Assembly (NCBI GenBank): GCA_964542805.1
Contig: CAZIWR010000001.1
Coordinates: forward strand, 2,600-66,599
Reading direction: 5' to 3'
DNA from: an uncultured Acidobacteriaceae bacterium
GTDB lineage: Bacteria > Acidobacteriota > Terriglobia > Acidiferrales > UBA7541
Length of the DNA stretch: 64,000 bases
The position numbers were made by a program, and so were the translations under genes. Shown in pieces: positions 28,989 through 37,040 of the stretch (its first letter is position 1; every line of letters starts with the position of its first letter). The notes under the pieces are model-generated. The model saw only the letters and a program-made list of their open reading frames with translations. It did not search any database and was not told the DNA's origin.

Positions 28989-30127
28989 GCGCTTCCTCCT
29001 CTGCCCGCGGCGCTCGTCGCCGGACGCAGCACGCCCTGCTGCTTCATTTCTTTGGCCGCTTCTTCGGAGCGGTCCGGCACCTCGTCCTGCCCGGCCACCC
29101 AGGCCACGTAGTCGCGGACGATTTCTTCCAGCGCATAGCGCCGCATCCAGCCCAGCCGCTCCAGGCGCGCCGAGTCCGACACGGTGTGCCGCGTGTCCCC
29201 TACGCGGAATTCCCCCGGCACTTGCGGTTCCACCTCGCGCCCGCAAGCCGCCGCCACGGCCTGCGCGAACTCCAGCACGGTGACGCCGCGCCCGCCGCCC
29301 ACGTTGAATGCCGCGTAATCGCAAGCCTTGTGTTCCAGCGCGAAGAGGTTGGCCTCGGCGACGTCCCGCACGTGGATGTAGTCGCGCAATTGCCGGCCGT
29401 CTTCGAATACCACCGGCGCGCGCCCGTGCAGGATGCGTTGCGTGAAGATGCGGCACACGCCGGAATAGGCGTTGTGCAGCGAGTTGCGCGGGCCCTGCAC
29501 GATGGAGTAGCGCAGGGCCACCGTGGGGATGGCGTAGCGCTGCCCTAGTTGCAACGCGAGCAGTTCCGCGGCGTACTTGGAAATCCCGTACGCGGTGTGC
29601 GGGTTCACCACCGATTCGTCGAACGCGGCCGATTCCATGATCCGTCCGCACGTGGGGCACAGCGGGTCCCACTCGCCGCGCGCGAGCTGCGTCACCGGCC
29701 GCGGCCCGGGATACTCCGCGCCGTGTTTCGCGCACACGTACTTGCCTTCGCCATAGATCGCCTGCGACGACGCCAGCACGACTTTTTCAATCGGAAACCG
29801 TTGGTCGACGATCAGCTCGTAGAGCAGCGCGGTGCTTTCCGCATTCACGCGGATGAACGTGCTGAAGTCCGGCATGTAATCCTGGTAGGCGGCCAGGTGG
29901 AACACGCAGTCCATGCCTTCCAGCGCGCGCGCCCACACTTCGCGGTGGCGCACGTCGTCCACCAGCAGCTCTACATCTGTGGGGAGCCACGGTGGCCGCC
30001 CATTCGGGTGCACCCGCGATTGCAGGCAATCCAGCACGCGCACCTCGTACCCGCGCTCCAGCAGCAAATCGCAGGTGTGCGACCCGATGAATCCCGCGCC
30101 GCCCGTCACCAGCACACGCCTCATCAC
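28985..30127 (-). CDS. Extended-SDR nucleotide-sugar epimerase/dehydratase with an inserted CxxH...CxxC zinc-ribbon-like segment
   Basis: RVLVTGGAGFIGSH and YGISKYAAE (YxxxK). About 40 aa are inserted between them (YVCAKHGAEYPGPRPVTQLARGEWDPLCPTCGRIM). There is also a C-terminal ~30 aa polar tail. Confidence 0.8.
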   Translation of the reverse strand: MMRRVLVTGGAGFIGSHTCDLLLERGYEVRVLDCLQSRVHPNGRPPWLPTDVELLVDDVRHREVWARALEGMDCVFHLAAYQDYMPDFSTFIRVNAESTALLYELIVDQRFPIEKVVLASSQAIYGEGKYVCAKHGAEYPGPRPVTQLARGEWDPLCPTCGRIMESAAFDESVVNPHTAYGISKYAAELLALQLGQRYAIPTVALRYSIVQGPRNSLHNAYSGVCRIFTQRILHGRAPVVFEDGRQLRDYIHVRDVAEANLFALEHKACDYAAFNVGGGRGVTVLEFAQAVAAACGREVEPQVPGEFRVGDTRHTVSDSARLERLGWMRRYALEEIVRDYVAWVAGQDEVPDRSEEAAKEMKQQGVLRPATSAAGRGGSA

Positions 30128-30136
30128 TCCCCCCGC

Positions 30137-31609
30137 TCAGTACGCGCCTCTCCCCCGCAGCACCGCCGGAATCGTCTGCAATAAAATTTTGCAGTCCGTC
30201 CACATCGACGCGCGCTTGATGTACTCCAGGTCCATCCGCGCCCATTCCTGGAAACTCGAAATGTGATTTCTTCCGTTCACCTGCCACAGGCAGGTGATTC
30301 CCGGTTTTACGCACAGCTTGCGGCGCTGCCAGAACTCGAAGCGGTCGGCTTCTTCCTTGAACGTGGGGCGCGGCCCCACCAGGCTCATGTCACCCTTCAG
30401 CACGCTCCACAGTTGCGGCAATTCGTCCAGGCTCCACCGCCGCAGCCCGCGCCCCAGCCAGGTGATGCGCGGGTCGCACTTCATTTTGAAGACCGGTCCA
30501 TCCATTTCGTTCTGCGCCAGCAGCTCCGCCTTGCGCTGCTCCGCATCCGGTGACATCGTGCGGAATTTGTAGCCCACGAACGGTTTCTTGTTTTTCCCGA
30601 CTACGTGCCAGCGGAAAAACACCGGCCCGCCGGGTGACGTCAGCTTGATCAGCGCGGCAATCACCGCAAACACCGGCGCAAGCAGCGCCAGCGCCATTGC
30701 CGATACGGCTACATCCGCGGCGCGCTTGGTCGCCAGGTACACCCACGACTGCCGCACCGTGGAAATCGCCGCCACCGGCAACCCGGCAAACGTTTCCAGC
30801 GCCACTTCCGGCGCATCCAACTCGTACCCCATGCGCGGCAAATAGACGTCCGGCACCACCAGCACGCGCAGCCCCAGTTCCACCGCGGCTTCCATCAACT
30901 CGTGTGCTCCGGGAACTCGATCCGGCGGCATGGCGAACACCACCATGTCCACGGGCTGCGAGAAAACGTACTCGCGCAGCAGTGACGTCGAGCCCAGCAT
31001 GGGAGCACCTTCCACTTCTGCGGGTGCTAGCTCCGGCTGGGGGTCCACGCACCCCAGCACCGCGCAGTCCATGTCCTCCGCGTGGCGCACCCGGCGGATG
31101 AATTCCGCCGCGCGCTTCCGCGTACCCACCACTAGAATGTTGGGAATGGAATAAATGTGCCCGCGGTGCGCCGCGAGCAGCACCCCTGCCAGCCAGCGCA
31201 GTCCCAGGGACACCGGCACGTACATCGCGCAGTAGCCAAACACCAGCAGCCGGCTCGCTGTCTGCAGCTTGAGTGCGAAGAACACCACCGATAGCAGCGC
31301 CAGCCCCACCAGTTGCACCTGCGCCGTGCGTCCCAGCACGACGCGCCATGCCATGCGGGTCTCCGCATGCAGACCGGCGCGACGCAGCAACGCCAGCCAC
31401 AGCGGCACAATCAGCAGCAGCATCCACGCGTGCACCTCGAGCGGCCCCTCGGAAAATTCCCCGGGGCGTAGGTATGGACGGTAGGTGGGCAGCAGCCGGT
31501 AGGAAAGATAGAAACTCGCGAAGATGGAAAGCAGGTCAGCCAGCACCAGCGCGTGCCGCGCTGAAAGACCCTGCTCGGATTGGCGTTGGCGCGTCATGCC
31601 GATGGACAT
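30137..31609 (-). CDS. Polyprenyl-phosphate hexose-1-phosphate transferase (WbaP/EpsB-type priming enzyme)
   Basis: 490 aa. N-terminal TM bundle, central Rossmann-like domain and the C-terminal bacterial sugar transferase domain (KRAADVAVSAMALALLAPVF...LPQLWSVLKGDMSLVGPRP...KPGITCLWQV). Confidence 0.9.
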   Translation of the reverse strand: MSIGMTRQRQSEQGLSARHALVLADLLSIFASFYLSYRLLPTYRPYLRPGEFSEGPLEVHAWMLLLIVPLWLALLRRAGLHAETRMAWRVVLGRTAQVQLVGLALLSVVFFALKLQTASRLLVFGYCAMYVPVSLGLRWLAGVLLAAHRGHIYSIPNILVVGTRKRAAEFIRRVRHAEDMDCAVLGCVDPQPELAPAEVEGAPMLGSTSLLREYVFSQPVDMVVFAMPPDRVPGAHELMEAAVELGLRVLVVPDVYLPRMGYELDAPEVALETFAGLPVAAISTVRQSWVYLATKRAADVAVSAMALALLAPVFAVIAALIKLTSPGGPVFFRWHVVGKNKKPFVGYKFRTMSPDAEQRKAELLAQNEMDGPVFKMKCDPRITWLGRGLRRWSLDELPQLWSVLKGDMSLVGPRPTFKEEADRFEFWQRRKLCVKPGITCLWQVNGRNHISSFQEWARMDLEYIKRASMWTDCKILLQTIPAVLRGRGAY

Positions 31610-31634
31610 TTCCGCCGTGCCCGGTGATGTGAAG

Positions 31635-32336
31635 CTACGCCGCGCCCGCGGTGGTGGCGCGCGCCATCGAAATTTGCTGCACCGCTTTGGCCGCGTCCTG
31701 GTTGAACTGCTTCACCGTTTCGCGCGTGTACTTGTGATCCACCATCTTGGCGATGAAGGCAGGCGGGATGGTGACGATGTGCGCCCCGGCCAGCGCCGCG
31801 GACTGGATGTCCATCACCGCGCGGATGCTGCCGACAATAATTTTCGCCGTGTAGTGCCACGCATCCAGCCAGTCGCGCGTGCGGCGGATCACCACCGCCG
31901 GGTCGTTGCCCTCGTCGGCCAGCCGCCCGGCGAAAATCGACACGTAAGTCGCTCCCGCCTTGGTAGCCAGCAGCGCCTGGTTGAAGGAGAGAATTGCGGT
32001 GACGTTCACGCGGATGCCTTCGCGCGATAGTGCGTTCACCACACGGAGGCAGGAAACGCCCTGTTCGTTCACCACCGGAATTTTCACCACGATGTTTGGC
32101 GCCCAGCGCGCGAACCCGCGCGCCTGCCGCAGCATTTCAGCATGCTCGTTCGAGGTCACCTCCACGCTCACCGGACGCTCGCCCAGCAGCCGGCACAGAC
32201 GCCGCGCGCCGTCCTCCAGGTCATACACGCCGTCCTTGAACATGATGCTGGGATTGGTGGTCAGCCCGTCCACAATCCCTTCACCGAGCCACTTTTCGAT
32301 TTCCTTGCTGTCCGCCGAATCCAGAAAAATTTCCAT
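31635..32336 (-). CDS. tal: Short (type 3B) transaldolase / fructose-6-phosphate aldolase family
   Basis: Track ORF 31635..32375 trimmed to MEIFLDSADSKEIEKW. TTNPSI, VKIPV (Schiff-base Lys context) and VSIFAGRL are family motifs. Confidence 0.85.
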   Translation of the reverse strand: MEIFLDSADSKEIEKWLGEGIVDGLTTNPSIMFKDGVYDLEDGARRLCRLLGERPVSVEVTSNEHAEMLRQARGFARWAPNIVVKIPVVNEQGVSCLRVVNALSREGIRVNVTAILSFNQALLATKAGATYVSIFAGRLADEGNDPAVVIRRTRDWLDAWHYTAKIIVGSIRAVMDIQSAALAGAHIVTIPPAFIAKMVDHKYTRETVKQFNQDAAKAVQQISMARATTAGAA

Positions 32337-32375
32337 CGCCCTCTCCTCCCCCCTCAAGCACGTTTCTTTCACCAA

Positions 32376-34715
32376 TCACTTAGCACGAGCCACCTTCTCC
32401 TCTTCTTCCTCTTCCTCGCGCTGCTTGTAAGAATCGTAGTGATAGGAGTAGTACCCGTAACCGTCGTGCCGCGCGTCCAGCTTGTTCAGCACTACGCCAA
32501 TCAGGTTGGCGCCCACATGTTGCGCAGCGGCCTGCGAGCGCCGCACCAGGTCACGCGGCGTTGCCCCGCCCTCGACCACCAGCACCATGCCCTCGACCAT
32601 GGTGGCCAGGATGCGGCTGTCGGCGACATTCAGTAGCGGCGCGGAATCCGCCAGCACCATGCTGTACTCACTGCTGGCCTGCGCGATGAGCGCGCGCATG
32701 CGTTCGCTGGACAGCAGTTCCGCCGGATTCGGCGGCAGCGGCCCGCACACCAGCACGTCCAGTCCCGGCTGGTTCGTCGCGCGCACGCACGCTCGCCAGT
32801 CCGCGCCGCCGGTCAGATAGCGCACCAGGCCGTGCTCGTCCTGCATGCCGAAGGCTCTGTGCACCGACGGCCGCCGCAGGTCGCCGTCGATCAGCAGCAC
32901 GCGCTGCCCGAGCTGCGCCAGCGAAATGGCCAGGTTGATGGCGATAGTGGTCTTGCCTTCGCCCGGCCGCGAACTGGAAATCAGCAGCGAGCGCGGCGGG
33001 CGTTCGGCGCTGGACAAAAGCACCGACGTGCGCAGCCCGCGAAACGCTTCTGAAAGCGCGGAATGCTGCGCCCCGGTGTCGATGCGATACCACCCTGCGC
33101 GGGAGATGGCTGCGCCATTGTTTTTTGCGGTGCCGCCGGTCAGCGACGGAGAGCGCCCCGCGTGCCCGTAAGCTCCGTAGCCGTACGCGCCGTGCCGTCC
33201 GTTCAGCGTCTGCGCCGCGGGGATCACCGCCAGCGACGGCAGCCGCAGGAAGCGCTCCACGTCTTCGGAAGTCTTCAGCGTGTTGTCGAGATATTCCTGC
33301 AGAAACGCCGCGCCCACCCCCAGCATCGCGCCCAGAATAATCGCCGAGGCCAGGTTCAGCAGCAGATTGGGCCGCGCCGGGCGCTTGGGCGGCTCCGCGG
33401 CGTCCACCACGCGGATGTTGGAGGCCTTGAGGCCCGCGCTGACGCCGGCTTCCCGCAGCCGCTGCAGCAGCCCGTCGTAGAGCTGCTTGTTGGTGTCCAC
33501 TTCGCGTTTCAGAATGTTGTACTGCACCGAGCGCTCGGCGATGGTTTCCGCCTGGCGCTGCTGCTGCTCGAACGCTTGCTCGATCAGCTTTTCCCGCCGC
33601 ACCGCCGCGTAATACTCGTTGGTCATGCGCTTGGCGGCGCGCTCGCGCTCCGCCGCCAGCACCGATTCCATCTCGTCAATCTGGCCCTGTAACTGTTTTA
33701 CCTTGGGGTATTCGGCATTGAATGTGGCGGTGAGCTGCGCATGCTGCTGGCGGATCTCCGCCAGCCGCACGGTGAGGTCCTGCATGAGCTTGCTGTCAAA
33801 CACGCCGGGGAGCGACCCGTAGTCGCCTGCCTGCACCAGCCGGTGGAGCGATTCCTTCTCATAGCGCGCGGCTTGCGCCCGCGTGCGCTCCTCCTGCAAT
33901 TGCCGCAGCCGCTCGTTGACGATGTTTTCCGGCGCGCCCTGCGCCGTCTCCAAAAACACCAGCCCGTTTTCCCGCACGTACTGCTGCATCTCGGTCTCGC
34001 TCTTTTCCAGCTTGGACTTCATGCTCACCAGTTGCTGCGAAAGCCATTCCGAAGCCTTCTGCGTGGCCTCCCAGCGCACTTCCAGGTTCTGGTCGATGAA
34101 GTTGGACGCCAGCGTGTTCACCACGCGCGCCGCCAGCTCCGCGCTCTCCGACTCGAAGCTCACGGCCACCAGCCGCGAGCGTTTCACCGGCTCGATGGTC
34201 AGCCGCTCGCGGAAGCGCTTCAGCGAGGTCTCCCGCGTTTCCGCCTCGCGATCCGCGGCGGAAATATTTTCCTGCGAACCCAGCATCCGCCCCAGCCAGC
34301 CCGGCGGCGGATTGAATTCCGCGCGCTTCTCCAGCCCCAATTGCGCGATCACCCGCCGCGCCAGCGTGTCGCTTTCCAGAATCTTGTACTGGCTCTCCAA
34401 GTAGCTGTCGGAGACGTTTTCCAGCTCGAACATCTCCTTCACCGTCAAAATCTCCGGATTCTCTTTCTGGATTTCCAGCAGACCGCGCGAGCGGAACACC
34501 GGCTTCTGCTTCAGCGTGCCCAGCAGCACCACGGCCACAAAAATCACAAAGACCGTCAGTACCATCCAGCGACGCTTGTGCAGCGTGCTCCAGTAGGCCA
34601 GCAGGTCCGGCGCGGCTTCCATTTCCAGCATCTGCAACGGTGCGCCGATGTAGCGCGGCGCGCGCCGCTCCAGCGCGGCCGCTTCCACCCGCTCGATTTG
34701 TGTCTCGTGGTCCAT
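32376..34715 (-). CDS. Polysaccharide co-polymerase / BY-kinase fusion (Wzc/GumC-EpsG type)
   Basis: 779 aa. N-terminal Wzz domain with a TM segment, long coiled-coil and a second TM. The kinase has Walker A SSRPGEGKTTIAINLA, Walker A' LLIDGDLRRP and Walker B VLADSAPLL. The C-terminal Tyr cluster GYGYYSYHYDSY is followed by a run of Glu residues (QREEEEEEEKVARAK). Confidence 0.9.
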   Translation of the reverse strand: MDHETQIERVEAAALERRAPRYIGAPLQMLEMEAAPDLLAYWSTLHKRRWMVLTVFVIFVAVVLLGTLKQKPVFRSRGLLEIQKENPEILTVKEMFELENVSDSYLESQYKILESDTLARRVIAQLGLEKRAEFNPPPGWLGRMLGSQENISAADREAETRETSLKRFRERLTIEPVKRSRLVAVSFESESAELAARVVNTLASNFIDQNLEVRWEATQKASEWLSQQLVSMKSKLEKSETEMQQYVRENGLVFLETAQGAPENIVNERLRQLQEERTRAQAARYEKESLHRLVQAGDYGSLPGVFDSKLMQDLTVRLAEIRQQHAQLTATFNAEYPKVKQLQGQIDEMESVLAAERERAAKRMTNEYYAAVRREKLIEQAFEQQQRQAETIAERSVQYNILKREVDTNKQLYDGLLQRLREAGVSAGLKASNIRVVDAAEPPKRPARPNLLLNLASAIILGAMLGVGAAFLQEYLDNTLKTSEDVERFLRLPSLAVIPAAQTLNGRHGAYGYGAYGHAGRSPSLTGGTAKNNGAAISRAGWYRIDTGAQHSALSEAFRGLRTSVLLSSAERPPRSLLISSSRPGEGKTTIAINLAISLAQLGQRVLLIDGDLRRPSVHRAFGMQDEHGLVRYLTGGADWRACVRATNQPGLDVLVCGPLPPNPAELLSSERMRALIAQASSEYSMVLADSAPLLNVADSRILATMVEGMVLVVEGGATPRDLVRRSQAAAQHVGANLIGVVLNKLDARHDGYGYYSYHYDSYKQREEEEEEEKVARAK

Positions 34716-34740
34716 TAGATTCTCGCGCTCGCGACGGTTT

Positions 34741-35835
34741 TCACCGCCGCCAGATCACTACACCGGTCACGATCGAGAGCACTGCTTCGGAGCCGCGCGC
34801 CAGCGCGCTGCGCGCCGCGCTGTTGGGCACGAATAAAATGTCCCGCGGACGCAGCCGCATGTCTTCGGCCTTGCCAGCCAGCACGCGCCCCAGATCGATG
34901 GGCAACTCCGCGCGCTGCCCGCTGGCTTCGTCCGTGCGGATGATTCGCGCATGTGACTTCGCCGACGTGCGCGTCAGTCCTTCAGCCAGTGCCAGCGCCT
35001 GCAGCACGGTGATGTTTTCGTTGCTCTTCAAGGTGAACCCACCCGGCCGCCGCACTTCGCCCACTACGTAGACAACGCCGGCCCGCGTCACCTTCACGAT
35101 GTCCCCGGGATAAACCGTCGCGTTGTAGCGGGGGTCGCCGGACTCCAGCAGGCTCTTCAGATTGATTTCCAGCGTCTCGGCATTGGCGTCTGTTTTTTCT
35201 CCGCGGGCTTCTGGCGCCGCGCCGCTCGCGCCGGGAAAGCCTGCGCCGCGCATCACCAGCACCGTATCGCCGGCGTCGGTGGCCAGGCCCTCGGCCAGCG
35301 AAAGCATTTCCAGCACGGTCTTTGTGCCACGCACCTGGAACACGCCTGGCTTGAACACCGCGCCGAACACCGACACCGGATGGCTCTGCAGCTCCTTCAC
35401 GAACACCCCCACGTGCGGGTCCTTCATGTACGTGCGCCGCAGCAACTCCGCCAGCACCGACTCCAGCTCTCGCGGCGTCAGCCCCGCCGCGCGCACTGCG
35501 CCCAGCAGCGGGAGAGAGATTTCTCCGTTCGCGGCCACACGCAGTGCCCGGTTCATCTCTTGCGCTTCAAATACCGTGATCTCCAGCAAGTCTTCCGGCC
35601 CGATGCGGTATTCGCTCGGCAATCCGTTTTCCCCCGAGGCCGCCAGCATTCGCTTCATCTGCGCGAGCCGCTGGTTGTATTCCTCTGTCGTTTCCAGCGC
35701 CGGCTTCTGCGCCGGCGCCGCGTTATGCACGGTGCTTGTCTGCCCCGCGACTCCGCCGCCGCTCAGCAGCGCCGCCAGCAGCAGCATTCCCGCGCGTTCC
35801 GCCATGGAGTGTTTCCTCATGAATTCCATTCGCAC
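34741..35835 (-). CDS. Polysaccharide export outer-membrane protein (Wza family: Poly_export + SLBB)
   Basis: Signal-like N-terminus. YRIGPEDLLEITVF...NGEISLPLLGAVRAAGLTPRELE is the Poly_export signature, and two SLBB-like repeats follow. Several in-frame ATGs make the exact start uncertain. Confidence 0.85.
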   Translation of the reverse strand: MRMEFMRKHSMAERAGMLLLAALLSGGGVAGQTSTVHNAAPAQKPALETTEEYNQRLAQMKRMLAASGENGLPSEYRIGPEDLLEITVFEAQEMNRALRVAANGEISLPLLGAVRAAGLTPRELESVLAELLRRTYMKDPHVGVFVKELQSHPVSVFGAVFKPGVFQVRGTKTVLEMLSLAEGLATDAGDTVLVMRGAGFPGASGAAPEARGEKTDANAETLEINLKSLLESGDPRYNATVYPGDIVKVTRAGVVYVVGEVRRPGGFTLKSNENITVLQALALAEGLTRTSAKSHARIIRTDEASGQRAELPIDLGRVLAGKAEDMRLRPRDILFVPNSAARSALARGSEAVLSIVTGVVIWRR

Positions 35836-35945
35836 TTTCTTCCTGAATTCTGAATTCTGACTTCGCGTTTCTTAGCAAGGCTCCGCCAGCTGTGTTCCGC
35901 GCGTGGGCGGAGCCGCCAGGGAAAAAATAAGGAATGGCCCGCCGA

Positions 35946-36635
35946 CTACGGGCAGGTAATCGTGAACGGGGAAGTGGTTCCCGTTACGCGACAATCGCTC
36001 GGGTTGGGGCGGTTGAAGGCCACGATACCGAGCGTCAGGCCCACCACGCCCGCCACCAGGCCGGACACGATGGCCACTGTCTCCAGCGCCGTCAGACCCG
36101 CCGAGGCGCCTGCCGGACCTTGCGGCGGTGGCGCCACCGTCGCGTCCAGCGTGTTCCCTTCGGTGACATCCACAGTGCGGTTCGACGCTTCCACACGCGC
36201 CGTACCCTTGCGTGCCGCCACCTTCAGCGACGCACCCTTCACCACGATCTCCAGGATTCCCGCGCCGGACGGCACAATTCTCACGCCCCCGGCCAGCACC
36301 GCCACCGGCTGCGCCCCGCGGCTCACCACCACCAGCCCGCCACGCTCCAGCGACATCTCCACACGCCCGCCGGTCTGGCGAACCAATGCCGCGCTGAGCT
36401 CCGGCAGAAACACCTGGTCACCGCCGGAAAGCGCTAGCGCCGCCGCTGTTTTGGCTCGCGTGGAAATGCGGTCGCCGCTAAACACGCTGGCTTCCGCTGG
36501 AGTCACCGTGCCGTTCAATTCCACGGTGCCCTTCGTGCTCATTTTCGCCACTGCCGCAGAGGTTTCCGCCGGCGCCACTGGCGCAAACACCAGCGCCGCG
36601 CACACCGTTACCACTAGCACTGCTTTCACTCGCAT
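35946..36635 (-). CDS. Secreted, C-terminally membrane-anchored protein with FecR-like beta-sandwich region (first gene of the minus-strand EPS operon)
   Basis: Track ORF 35946..36683 trimmed to MRVKAVLVVTVCAALVFAPVAPA (signal peptide). It has one C-terminal TM segment (VAIVSGLVAGVVGLTLGIVAF). The FecR-like call is weak and pattern-based. Confidence 0.45.
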   Translation of the reverse strand: MRVKAVLVVTVCAALVFAPVAPAETSAAVAKMSTKGTVELNGTVTPAEASVFSGDRISTRAKTAAALALSGGDQVFLPELSAALVRQTGGRVEMSLERGGLVVVSRGAQPVAVLAGGVRIVPSGAGILEIVVKGASLKVAARKGTARVEASNRTVDVTEGNTLDATVAPPPQGPAGASAGLTALETVAIVSGLVAGVVGLTLGIVAFNRPNPSDCRVTGTTSPFTITCP

Positions 36636-36715
36636 GGTCTTCCTCCTCAGAAGATTCGGTCCCCGGACAAATTCACCCCGCATTCGGAATTCTTAACGGA
36701 ATGGGGTAGGACTCC

Positions 36716-36748
36716 CTGAACCCGGAGGAAGGGGAAATAGGGGTTCAG
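36716..36748 (-). promoter_or_regulatory. Stem-loop in the ~400-bp leader/divergent-promoter region ahead of the minus-strand EPS operon
   Basis: CTGAACCC-N17-GGGTTCAG is an 8-bp perfect inverted repeat, about 80-110 nt upstream of the ATG at 36635. Confidence 0.35.
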
Positions 36749-37040
36749 ATACGCCCCGGAATGTGCTGCTTCCGCTCAGTCTACCGCGGACAGTTTCGCT
36801 TGGCGTCTTTCCCGTGCTTCGCCTCGCGCGCATTCCCAAAACGGAATGGAAATGCCCATGTCCCGTGCTATCAATTGCAATAGGGGGGCCAATTGGTCGG
36901 GGGAGTTTGCTTTTCTCTGGCGAGTAAACTTTCTTGCTCGCTCCGCTACTTTTTATTCGCCCGCTGCGCGCCTCTCAGGTATTCTCCTTCCGTGCGGCAC
37001 ATCTCCCCGAGCTGACGTATCTTCGTCTGGCTGCTTACTG

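Noticed and set aside
27856-29735. Upstream extensions of track ORFs 26500..28740 and 27927..29735
   Set aside because: The extensions run through the neighbouring upstream genes in other frames and are Arg/Gly/Ala-rich. The internal starts (GTG 27855 with a GAAGGAG Shine-Dalgarno-like site; ATG 28988 with an ATGA overlap) give proteins of family-typical length.
35879-35914. 9-bp stem hairpin GGCTCCGCC-N18-GGCGGAGCC between the FecR-like gene and wza
   Set aside because: The loop is large and there is no downstream T-run in the direction of transcription (minus strand). It is not convincing as a terminator, though it may be an intra-operon RNA element.
36801-36819. Sigma54-like TGGCGT...TGCTT element
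   Set aside because: The GG-to-GC spacing is 14 nt by my count rather than the required 12. It is also on the plus strand far (~220 nt) from the phosphatase start.
36695-36849. Two copies of AACGGAATGG (36695-36704 and 36840-36849) in the EPS leader region
   Set aside because: A single 10-mer recurrence within ~400 bp is not far from chance expectation. There is no dyad symmetry or phasing evidence.
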